From contig RDEW01000029.1 in the NCBI GenBank assembly GCA_011109175.1, forward strand, positions 774,052-838,051: a stretch of DNA of 64,000 nucleotides. The letters run 5' to 3'. Below are positions 39,016-50,089 of this stretch, one piece after another. Origin of the DNA: Dicyema japonicum (taxonomy: Eukaryota > Animalia > Dicyemida). A program made the translations under genes and the position numbers. Each line of letters starts with the position of its first letter. Within the stretch, counting starts at the first letter, position 1. Below the pieces are notes generated by a model. That model saw only the letters and a list, made by a program, of their open reading frames with translations, did not search any database and had not been told where the DNA came from.

Positions 39016-39179
39016 ATTAGTTTAAAGATTTTTTCTGGTTTTTTCTTGGTTATATATTGATATTTATTTCAGATTATTTCATCTTATTAGGAATTTTTTT
39101 ATTTATTCTAATTATTTTGATGAATTAATTTTAATTATGTTCATTTTAGAAAGTATTAATCATTTTATGGAGTTACTAT

Positions 39180-41720
39180 TATTCTTTTGCCTACAAGAGA
39201 TGAAAATCGAAAATGGACGCGGTGAGACATGGAACAACTACCGACTGATTCTCTTCCCAACTGAATGCAAGCACTGCGGCATGGGATTTCCCCTACACGT
39301 GGATTACCTCAAAAAATTACATCGCTTTTGGAAAGTTAACGACCGAATATGTGTTCTACAAGTCAAACTAAACGAACTATACCCGTCCAAGAGTCTATTA
39401 ACTGTCATAAATATCTATACACCACACTGTAGACGAGTAGTCAAGAACCCCGGTGAGCTCGAGGAATTCTACTCAGAATTATAGGGTTTTCCGAGCTTTA
39501 GCGTCGAAAGCGCAAGCATTAGTGTTGATGCGTCAAGCATTAGTGTTAATGGATATATCAACCACATATTCTAATAATGCTTTTTCGTCCCATATCTTTG
39601 TTGCGAGAGATATGAATGCAAATATGAAAGGCGAATGGGACCAGAAGAATCCTCTATTAAGACATGGGCGCAGAAGGAGAAATGCATCTGGAACCTCTCT
39701 GGTGAACTTCTGCGAGGAAAATAGCCTTTTCCTGTGCAACACGGCCTTCACGCACTCACCTTGACGACGTGGCATAGACAGAGAAAAAACTCTGTCGGGG
39801 AGACCGTGAATATATATAATCAAATCGACTACATTATCTGCCGAAAGTCCCATAAATACCTGCTAAACGATACACGTTCCTACCAGGGGACAACAACTGA
39901 CAGCGACCACGGGATCATCATTGCAAAACTTTGCGTAAAAAAAGCACACGACTGGGAAAAAATACACTGAAAACGCGAACGAGGCGAGATAAAGGCCCAA
40001 TATACACTTTCAGACAGAAAAATTGTGGTTAGAGCCCACTTATAAAGACAAATATCACAAGCAAATCGAGACTCTTATGGAGAAAACCGCACCGGAATCA
40101 TCAGTACGAACTCTGTGGGATCAAACAAAGCAGGTAATCTCCAAGTCGGCCAATATATGCCTTGGTGTACGAAATCATTGCGCTCTAAAACTGGATCACC
40201 ACCCGAACGTGCCAGATATGGCAAAACATCGCAGAGAGCTACGGCTAAAAACGGCAAACACGTCAAACGAGATTGAAATAAAAGAGCTTAATACCCAACA
40301 AAGGGAACTAAAGTGGAAAATCAAAATGATGAACAGAAAACACTCACGGGAAATTATTACATCCCTATTAAAAAATGTGGAATGCCCAAAGGACAATTCA
40401 AGGATGTATGCGGCTGCTGCGGACTAAGAAAAGACAAAACATCCTTCACATCAAAGACACAAATGGAAAATTCGTGGGTAACCCGAAAGAAAAAGCAGAA
40501 TTGATTGCACTACATTTCGAAACACTGTTGAATATAGAAAATAAGGACTTCCCCTTTCCAGTGAGAAGCAAAGGCGCTAAAAATCCCAATCACAGTGGAA
40601 GAGGTGGAATCAGCGATAAATAAACTGAAGAACAACAAGAGTGCTGGGCCAGACAACATAAGCCCTGAACTCCTAAAATATGGACCAAAATTGCAAAACC
40701 CTTAATGACATCTTTGAAACTAATACCGAACTAAGACTTGGAAATGCATCATTAATACCCATACAAAAACAGAACAAATTAGAAGGACCAGTAGAAAATC
40801 TCCGCCCGAGAATACTCCTGAATTCGATATACAAGGTGCTGGCAAACATTGCACTAAGCTGGATAAAGGGTGTAGCTAATCTATACTTACCAGCAAGTCA
40901 AAGTGGGTTCCGAGAAGGGAGGTCTACGGCAGACATTGTATGGAGCCACAGATGGCGCTGTACAACGCACCAAAGATTCAAGAGCGCAACGACTGTGTTG
41001 GGAATAGATCTCTCCAGAGCTTTCGACTCAATAAACAGGCAGAAACTGATGATTGTGTTTGAGCAAATATTGGATGAATCGTTGGTTAAGATAATCAGAT
41101 TACTATTGGCGAACACAAGATTTTCTGTGCGGACAGAAGGAGCAACTTCCCGCAGTTTCAAAACGACGATTGGGACACCCCAGGGTGATTTTCTCTCCCC
41201 TTTTTTATTCACCATATACCTTGAATCTGCACTCCGCGATTTCCGTAAATGCTATATAGGAGACATAGAAAAAACATCTTATGCGGATGCTGTGGATTTC
41301 GTATCACCGGACGTGGCCGCACTCCAACACCTACTAGAAAATGCACCTAAGGAGCTTGGTAAATGGTTTCTCAGCGTAAATGTAAACAAATCTAAAATTA
41401 CGGAAATCAAGGGAGATGTGGTAGATTCCCGGTGGAGGGTATTTGAGCATGTACTAAGAATGAAGCCGGACGCAACCGCTAACGAAGCGATGGAAGATTA
41501 CTTTGACAGTTGCGACAAACCCTTCCGCGGGCGACCTAGATCGACACTTCCGACTGCCTTAAATAAAGACCTAAATCGTGTGAGGAAAAACCTAAAGACG
41601 GGGGAGGACCTGGACGAATTGAGATCACTCGCATTCGACAGAGGAAGATGGAAAAACTAACTATAAATATTGTTTCTTTAAGTGTAGCACATGCGGGGCA
41701 TTTCGTGAAAGTGCCATAAT
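39180..41720 (+). mobile_element. RTE-like LINE APE+RT, degenerate, interrupted near 39483-39580
   Basis: CLQE, INIYTP, YNQIDYI, SDH; GFREGRST, IDLSRAFDSI, GTPQGD, YADAVDF, RGRPRSTLP; 3' stem-loop and taataat. Confidence 0.85.
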
Positions 41721-41737
41721 AATATTATTCTTTTGGT

Positions 41738-41867
41738 ACCGACCGGGTTTGACGAGTGGAGGTCTATGTTGATCGACACAAACAACTCCTTCTCCCTATC
41801 TCTGCATTCGGTTAGCTAGTTATGACTGGGTTGCCACCACGATGTGCAACTTGGGGGTTATGAAAAA
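41738..41867 (+). mobile_element. 5'-truncated SINE-like element (family C) with an 11-bp TSD
   Basis: Flanked by attcttttggt at 41727 and 41868; begins with the shared gggtttgacgagtg core; homologous to 58255-58385. Confidence 0.65.
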
Positions 41868-41875
41868 ATTCTTTT

Positions 41876-42180
41876 GGTCGAGGTGGTGAGCCGAGCGGTC
41901 GAAAATTCGTTGTTGACTTCCTTGGTTCCGGGTTCGATTCCCAGTGGCTGCCTGAGCCGGAAGCTCCGATTGGGTTTGACGAGTGACACCGTCATAGACA
42001 TTTCATCACACGCGGATTCCAAATACAAGTTGGTCTTCGGATGGGACGTCGCGAGCTTCCTAGTCTAGAACAGCCGCACACCAATGAAAAGAAAACTCAA
42101 AGACAAGAGAAACTCACTCATTCATAATTTCGGATTAATTAGAATAAATAGTTACTTGTTCTCTCTTGCAGGTGTGGTCT
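41876..42180 (+). mobile_element. tRNA-derived SINE (head B), tail truncated
   Basis: ggttcgattccc B box, core and body as at 35751. Confidence 0.8.
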
Positions 42181-42224
42181 GTCTCAGACAAGATTTCAGT
42201 GCTTCCAATCAAATGGGGAACCAG

Positions 42225-42350
42225 ACCCATTCGAATTTCCAATCGATTAGACTCAGACGGAAGAAATGCTGGGCCAGTTACTACCCAAATATTGTTAAAA
42301 CACAAAATTAAATGGTTTCTCCAAAATTTTCTTGAGAATCGGTTACAGCG
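42225..42350 (-). pseudogene. Second EndoG/EXOG-like fragment
   Basis: FNNIWVVTGPAFLPSESNRLEIR, nearly matching 38663-38712. Confidence 0.65.
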
Positions 42351-42601
42351 AGAATTTTTGATGCATTGCTCAACCGGGACTCATCCCAGTTTTGGCACGT
42401 GGATGAAATAACTCACTATCTCCTACCATCAGAACCCTGACTTATTTACACAAAAAGCACCGCGCTTGATTCACAAAAACTTGCCTAATTTAACATTTTA
42501 AATTAAACTTAGCAGTACGTGTTTTGAAAGATAGTCTCAAAATAACATTATGTTAGTATGTCCTAAATTAGTACGATTATCTGGATTAGAAGAGAGTCAG
42601 A

Positions 42602-43672
42602 CTACACAAGAGTGCATCTGTCATAAGATACAAATTCACATCCTCTACTATATATTACACTCTGAAATAAACTAGTAAGAGATATAGTAAGCAACATACT
42701 TTTCCTGATTCCGGCACCATCGGCGTCTGCGCCACTAATCGTATTGTTTCCATCTGTAGAAATATTTTCTTCGTTTCCAATCGTATTGATCGTATTGTTT
42801 CCATCTGTAGAAATAGTTTCATCGTCTCCAGGCGTATTGACCGCATTGTTTCCATCTGTGGAACTAGTTCCTTCGTCTCCAATCGTATTTTCTTCATTTA
42901 GTCCCAATGCACTCAAAATAGTTTGTCTGTCATTTCCAAATTCTCTAAATTCTGCAATCAATTCTCGACTGGGGATGACATTTCTATAATTACGAATAAG
43001 TAGACTACAGTTTATTTTTCTTATATAAAATACTGCTTGCATCATCATTATCATCAAAATTTAATGCCTTGAGAAATCGATATATGATAATCGCGGGTGC
43101 ATATTGCTTACATTAAAAAAGTGAATCTACTTTACATATGAAGTAGTCGGACTTTTCATCGACTATAAATATTTTATATTTACTTCAACCTTCTTTTGCA
43201 CTACCGAGAAATACTTTCAATCTTCCAATTCCATTAATAACTTGATATCCTTCATGACTAGTTGATCTACAGTTTGACTAACACACATGTCAAACTCGAT
43301 AATCTCAACCGAGATATCTTCTTCTTTAGTGACAGACGAAATACCCACTAGATGAGCCAGTGCCTACCCAGTTAAATAATCACTAAACATATTTGAAAGC
43401 ATCGAATAACAAAATCTGAATTAAAATCAAAATAGATTACTCTGTTCGGATCGTATTTGACTTTCAGTTCAGCGGGACCTATTTGGGGCCAATGAAATAA
43501 TACTTGATATGTAATGCAGCACCAATAACCCAATCAGAATTATTACTATTCAGCTTTGGGTTTCCCCTTATATCTGTGTAATTAGGCTAAGTATTTCTGC
43601 ATTCTTATTTAGTTCCTTAAAATTGGGACATTTCAAATTTAATCTTCTGACCAACTCTAGCAGGCGTGGCAT
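42602..43672 (-). CDS. Unknown multi-exon, probably surface or secreted, protein with 3x17-aa N/D/T repeats; possibly degenerate
   Basis: Tiny GT-AG introns (e.g. gtagtctacttattcgtaattatag); NTIGxExxxSTDGNNTI repeats; hydrophobic segment near the C-terminus. Confidence 0.4.
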
Positions 43673-44540
43673 TGAGGAGACGGACTGATCGTGAAAATTT
43701 TATCATTTAATAATTAGTAATTTAGAATTTGTGGGCATTCATGTGCCATGACTCAAGTCGAATAAAAATATTGAGGAAATGATTGCGAATGGTAACGTAT
43801 TAAATTATTCATCAATTGATTGCTTCCCCAATGGAAATTGGCACATTCCAATAAACTTAATTATAGAAAACCCCAAAAATTGGTTTCTAAACAAAGTCAT
43901 CGCTTTTTAACAATACTGTCTGGTCTTTATAGATGATTTTCAGAATGGCCCGCAATGTTTGGACTATGGTCTGACTGAGTATTGCATGTTTTCACCATTT
44001 GCACTACAACTCTGATTTTTGTCATTTTGACGTTATTGGCCAATTGGTCGCAGATTAACGGGGAAGGTATGAGCTCATTATTCTTATGTTTATTGGTTCT
44101 TCGAATCTTTTCTTATTTTAAATACGCATTCCTGCACGAAATAAATATTCCAAATATTTTTTAAATAAAGAAAATGAATTTGTTAACAATATTTTATGGT
44201 CAGACAAATCAAAAACACAACTTTGGAACTGACATGTTGTGAACAGACAACTGAACTACAAATTATTTTCATTCATATCATTGAGTTTTGTTTTTGCTTT
44301 TAATGGAATGAAAAAACTATCTTTTCGTTCCTGAATATTATTTTTTTAAATCATTTAATGATTTAAAAGCATAATAAATATGATAATCCGGGACATTCCG
44401 GGACACATAGATCCGGGACAAGGCTCCATTATCCGGGACAAATTGTAAGCCTAACTATAGATGCTCTTTTTTGTAGGCGCAGTACCGGCTGTTTCCCGAG
44501 ACATAAAGCACTCAACAGAATCATTAAGAACGCCCTAGAC

Positions 44541-45946
44541 CAGTGCTTCCTGATTGGGGGTGCCTGAAATTTTTTAGGAGGTGCCTGGAACGATTTTAAA
44601 AATCATGATTACTTTTACATATATTTAAATAATTTACAAATAAAATATATAGCAAGAAAATTTAAGTACATTTAATTTTTGAAAACTCGTGGTTTTTATG
44701 TCAACGTGTGTCAAAATTCGAAAATGGAATGAAGACTATGTTAACTATGGTTTTACGAAAATAATCATTGATGGAATCGATCGACCCCAGTGCATCCTTT
44801 GTGATGCAATCTTTTCTAACTCTAATTTGAAACCATCGAAGCTGAACAAGCATTTTTTGGTTATGCACGGGGGAATAAAACGTTCAGGAAATGACTTCGA
44901 ATGTTTGAAGGCAAAAAGGGTCAGATACGATATTAAAGGAACGCTTCCGAAGCATGGATTTACCTCCATTGACAAACCGTTACTTTTAGCATTATTCCAA
45001 GTAGCGTATGAAGTTGCAAAATCGAAGAAGTCGCATACTATTGCCCAGACTCTTATTAAACCGTGTGCATTGGAAATTGTGAAAACAGTTCTGGGTCCAG
45101 ACGCCTCACGAAAATTGCAGCAGATTTTTTTGTCAAATAATTCTATCCGGGATAGAATTATTTGTATCAGTGATGATATTCTTAATCAAGTTGTTTCGGA
45201 CATAAAGAATTTTTCCATCAAAATTTCAATCCAGTTGGATGAATCTACTGATGTTGATAATTGCAATCAACTAATTGTTTTTGTTCGTTATGCGCAAAAA
45301 AATTTAATTGCCGAAGAGTTTCTTTTTTGTAAACCTCTCGAAAAAGAAGCCTCTACAAAAAATATTTTCCATATACTTGAGACTTTTTTTAATGAACATG
45401 ATATTCCATTGGAAATTATCGGATCAGTTTGCACGGACGGTGCTCCAGTTATGCTGGGGAACAGGTCGGGCTTTGCAGCCCTTTTAAGAAAACATGTTCC
45501 AGATGTAAAAGTTACTCACTGCATTCTTCATCGACATGCACTCGTATCAAAGTCCTTGCCTATTAAGTTGAAAAATGTTTTAAATTCATGCGTCAAAATT
45601 GTAAATCTTTGAATCATAGATTGTTCAAAGCATTATATATTGATTATGATGCTGACGCCACTGTTCTTTTGTATCATATTGATGTTAGATGGCTTTCAAG
45701 AGGTCGTTTTTTAACAAGATTTTATATTCTCAGACTTGAAATCAAGCAATTTCTATTTGAAAAAAACTCTGAACTACTTGATTGTTTCAAATCTCCTGAT
45801 TTTGTTATTTTTGTGGCATATTTGGCTAACATTTTTAATCACCTTAACGAGTTGAATCTTTTAATTCAAGGGAAATGGATAAACATTATTAATGCTTCTG
45901 ACAATCTAAATGCCTGCAGGAATAAACTTTTGTTATGGACTCGCCG
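44541..45946 (+). mobile_element. Buster/Charlie (ZBED5/ZBED8-like) hAT transposon, left end and transposase
   Basis: TIR cagtgcttcc preceded by cccTAgac; BED finger PQCILC...KH, IQLDESTD, CTDGAP, THCILHRHAL, VRWLSRG. Confidence 0.9.
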
Positions 45947-45947
45947 N

Positions 45948-46495
45948 CGAGCTTCTTTAATAGAAAATGAGACACTATTTTCAATATTCTCCGACAAAGC
46001 ACAAATCCGACGAAAAACAGTGTTATCTGACAAAGATATCTTCATTATTTTTTGTTCATATTTATGACCAAACATATTCCGAGCAATAATACGACAAGCA
46101 GGGATTATCCAGTTTTCGCCAATAGTGTGAGGTTTTAGTTGTTTTGCTATCAATTCTGAGATCAGGTATGAACATTTTAATGATTCCTTTGTGTTTACAA
46201 AAGTTTCACTGAACATCATTTGACTAGATCTACGATACATAGTAAAAACTAAATAATACTTGTATTGTTTTTTCAAATGGATAAAATAATCCACAGATTT
46301 TTCCGAATAGTCCGGATGCTTGGAAGTAAAATGTCTCTTTAGTTTGCTAGGAACCATAGCATCATTTGCCAAGACTTCCATGCAAATTAGACATTGAGGT
46401 AGTTTATTTTTATCATTGCATATAAATCCAAATGACAAATAAGAATCTTTATAAGAACGACGAACTGATTTACCCATAAGCACGTTGATGTGCAC
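45948..46495 (-). mobile_element. Second Buster family, transposase N-terminus
   Basis: PQCLICMEVLANDAMVPSKLKRHFTSKHP, KPHTIGE, SLSDNTV; putative 30-nt intron at 46230-46259. Confidence 0.85.
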
Positions 46496-46547
46496 GTTAT
46501 TAAAAAATTAATAAATAATGGTTAACCAATGTAAATGTCATTTAATA

Positions 46548-47700
46548 TGTCGCGTACTACGCTGGCGACCATACCTAGCTGGCGACCAGGGTGACCTTCA
46601 TAGCTGACAGGGTTAACAGGATGACCTACATAGTTTGACACTAATTACTGATTAAAGATAAATGCTAAGAATTCAAAAAACTTAACATTTTTTAACTCTA
46701 TTCATAGTAACTCTATCTTGGTTTCATTTCGTAATTCGATCTAAATGTTAGGAAAGACAACTAACCATTAATCTGTTATTAGACATTATATTTTTTACTT
46801 TGTCTAAAAATTGTTTCCAATTTTTAGTTCCTTTTTTATCCATTAGTTTTGCCATACCCCGTGTCAATGTTTGATTAAAGCGCTCAATTACACCCTAATT
46901 TATTTCAAATTTATAAACTTGTGACTGGGGATGGTTTGGTCTTCCATAAATATGCTTGATTTTATTTTTTCGCATAGTTGATCCATAAGTTGATTTTTGA
47001 ATTCCAATCCGCTGTCCGTTTGTAAAATTTGACAATATCCAATTTGAGTAAAAATTTTTTTTAATTTATTTCCAACTTCTACAAGTAAATATTAGGTTTT
47101 ACCAAAAGCAGATTTATTTTTTAAAGATTTACAGACTACGAATTTGCTGTAGATGTCAATGATGGTTAATATCCAATTATATCCCTCGTTAAAATCTTTA
47201 CATCTTCTAACATCAATAAGATCCGCCTGGAATCTTTCATGTGGACTTCTTGCCGTTACATGGTAATTAGAATCGGATACCTAAGTATATTTATTCAAAA
47301 ATACTTTTAATGGCCCAGCAAATTTACAAATTTCGCAGTCTTTTATAATTTGTTCGATGATAGGGCGTTTCACAGTAAAATAAAATTCACTGTGGACTTC
47401 TTGCCGTTACATGGTAATTAGAATCGGATACCTAAGTATATTTATTCAAAAATACTTTTAATGGCCCAGCAAATTTACAAATTTCGCAGTCTTTTATAAT
47501 TTGTTCGATGATAGGGCGTTTCACAGTAAAATAAAATTCACTGCACTTCTTATGAAGCTTTAGTATCCTCCATTGGCATTCTTGGTGAATAGGGAATGCC
47601 AGTGTCCTCATCTCCGTTTCATTGTCCAAGCAGATAACCAATTTGTGTTTTTGGTTATTATCGTCCTTTAGATAGAGACTATGAATTAGGAATAGCAAAT
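46548..47700 (-). mobile_element. Ginger/KRBA2-like DDE integrase with three 24-nt introns
   Basis: CEIC; ERFQADLID...WILTIIDIYSKF; ILQTDSGLEFKN; GRPNHPQSQ|GVIERFNQTL; possible TGT terminus at 46548. Confidence 0.8.
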
Positions 47701-47807
47701 ATACCGATCATCAATTATCATAATTTTTTTTTACGATTGAAAATTTATTATAAAAAAACAATTATTTTTCAATTTAGAAATATTCCTTCTGAAGGAAACC
47801 CAGGGAA

Positions 47808-48243
47808 TTAGGATTCCCCAGTGGCTGCACCGCGGATAGCAAACGAGTTACCTCGCAAGATTGCTATCGATACCCTCTGGTACAGCCAGCTGGTTTCCCG
47901 GTGGTCACTGCTCTGCTTTCCAATGAGCTTCCCAATGACCGAGAGAATCCTCTTCCCCGCGGGCTCAATCATTCCACTCGTCTCCACGGCAATTGGGACC
48001 AAGTGGTATGCGTCAGGAAGCGATGCGTACTTCCTCCGTTTGGATTCCTCGGCCCGGTGAGACGCGAAGCCAGGACACAACGCAGACTGAGTAACTGTCC
48101 GCACAGGTTACATCCCATACGAGACACTTCCCCTCGCTGAATGGGAAGACCGTCATTCCGTTCGGCCGCTTGCCGTCTCCGCGATCAAGACCGGCGGGCT
48201 TCAGAACCGAAGGAAAGCTTGCGGCAATAAGAGCCCGTTTGAT
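47808..48243 (-). mobile_element. CRE-clade RLE 3' end
   Basis: EPAGLDRGDGKRPNGMTVFPFSEGKCLVWD...AEESKRRKY...VETSG...RGNS. Confidence 0.85.
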
Positions 48244-48976
48244 GTATTATAAATGAATTAATCAGTTGGATTGAAGTTGATCCTCAGATCACTTTGAAAG
48301 AATGTGCGGAGAAAATACGAAATAATTATTAATGTCTGTGTCTCTTACAACAGTAAAAAATTGGCTTGATGGGGAATTAATTTCTCTCAAAACCTGTCGA
48401 CGTAGCCAACGTAAATTCACTTGAAAATAAAGAAAAAAGAATACATTATTTGGATTGCTTGTTTAAAGCAAGGTCTGCTGGAAGAACTTTAATTTGGATC
48501 GATGAATCTAATTTTAATTTATATTGTAAGAGAAAAGAAGGACGATCTAAAATAGGATCTCGTTCTTTTGTTATAACTCCGAATTCGAGAGGCTCTAACT
48601 TACATTGTATAAGTGCTATGTCTGCTTCAACATTGTTTAATTTTCAATGCAAAAGAGGTTCTTACAGAGGAGAGGATTGTAAAAAATGGATGAAAGAGTT
48701 AATCAATGAATGTAGGTCTTTATCCGTACAAGATCCTACTTTTATAATTGACAATGCTCCTGTTCACAGGCAATTGGAATCAGTTGTGGAGCAGTAAGAA
48801 AATATTGAACTTTTACGATTGGCTCCATATTCGTACTTATTAAACCCGATTGAATTAGCCTGGAGTACTTTTAAAGCAGAAGTAAAAAAAATGCTAAGAG
48901 AAAAGATGTCAATAATTCTCAATTATAACAAAACTCCGGATGGTCCTTCAATTTCTGAATATAGGCTAAGAATATT
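48244..48976 (+). mobile_element. IS630-like Tc1/mariner-superfamily transposase, catalytic part
   Basis: WIDESNFN, IIDNAPVH, RLAPYSYLLNPIE; one in-frame stop. Confidence 0.85.
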
Positions 48977-48977
48977 N

Positions 48978-49485
48978 TGAGGATCAACTTCAATCCAACT
49001 GATTAATTCATTTATAATTATTTGACTTTTTTTTGAATGTCTTTTACCTCCTTTTGGATGTCTTTCTTTATCTTTATTTTCAATCCAACAATAAGCTGTT
49101 CTCAAATTCACTCCAAGAGAAGAACATAGAGACTTCCAATCTCCAAAACGTTCATGTGTTTCAATTATTATCTTTTTTGTTTCATCACTATATTGACGAT
49201 ATCTTGTATTTTCAGTCATCTAAAACAATTTTCGATGTATTTAGACGAAAAATTTTTTATATGCAAAATTGACATTCGTAATTGCAAATTTGAAGTTTGT
49301 ACTTGTCAATTTGAATTTTTCAATTGCAATTTGAATTTTGTACTTGTCAATTTGAATTTTTCATTTGCGATTAGAAGTTTGTACTTGTCAATTTGAATTT
49401 TTCAATTGCAATTTGAAGTTCGTACTTGTCAATTTGAATTTTGCAATTGCAATTTGAAGTTTGTACTTGTCAATTTGACTTGAAT
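48978..49485 (-). mobile_element. Same IS630-like family: N-terminus and left end with ~41-bp subterminal repeats
   Basis: 48978-49020 is the reverse complement of 48247-48287; HTH-like MTEN...RTAYCWI; repeats at 49281-49480. Confidence 0.75.
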
Positions 49486-50089
49486 ATGGTATATTTTCTT
49501 TGAAAAATTATCGATTTTATTCTCTAATTGGCCATTTCTCAAATTGGCCAACAAAATTGTAGGAACCAAAAATGGCCAATTTGAGAGGGTTGAGTGTACT
49601 TGTTAAAAGATACTAAGCAGAATACCCATGTATAACTTGACAACTAAAATATCACAAATTTAAAAACAAGTTTTTTATTTCAGTTTTTAATTCTTCGAGA
49701 ATAAGGAAAGACAAATATTGTGCCAAAGCACTAAAAATCATTTTAATTTAAAAAAGGTTGGGAAAAATGTAATTCTACAGAATCAATTATTTACCCATTT
49801 AAATAACTGTAATAATAAATAATGAAAATATTTAATTCAATAAAAAATGTATTGTTTTCTGTGAAGCCGCAAAATAATTAGAATAAATTTAAAAAAGACA
49901 TTAACTTAATTAGCTCTGATATTTTTGAAATAACTTAGAAAATTAGGAATTTAAAAAATTAAATATGTATTTTATTTATTAAGCTTACTTACATAAAACA
50001 CATTTATAAAAAGTGCTCGAACTATAAACTAATAGTAGACCGTTCATATATCTTTTAAAGGATTAAATTATAGTAAAATTTCTAGATCC

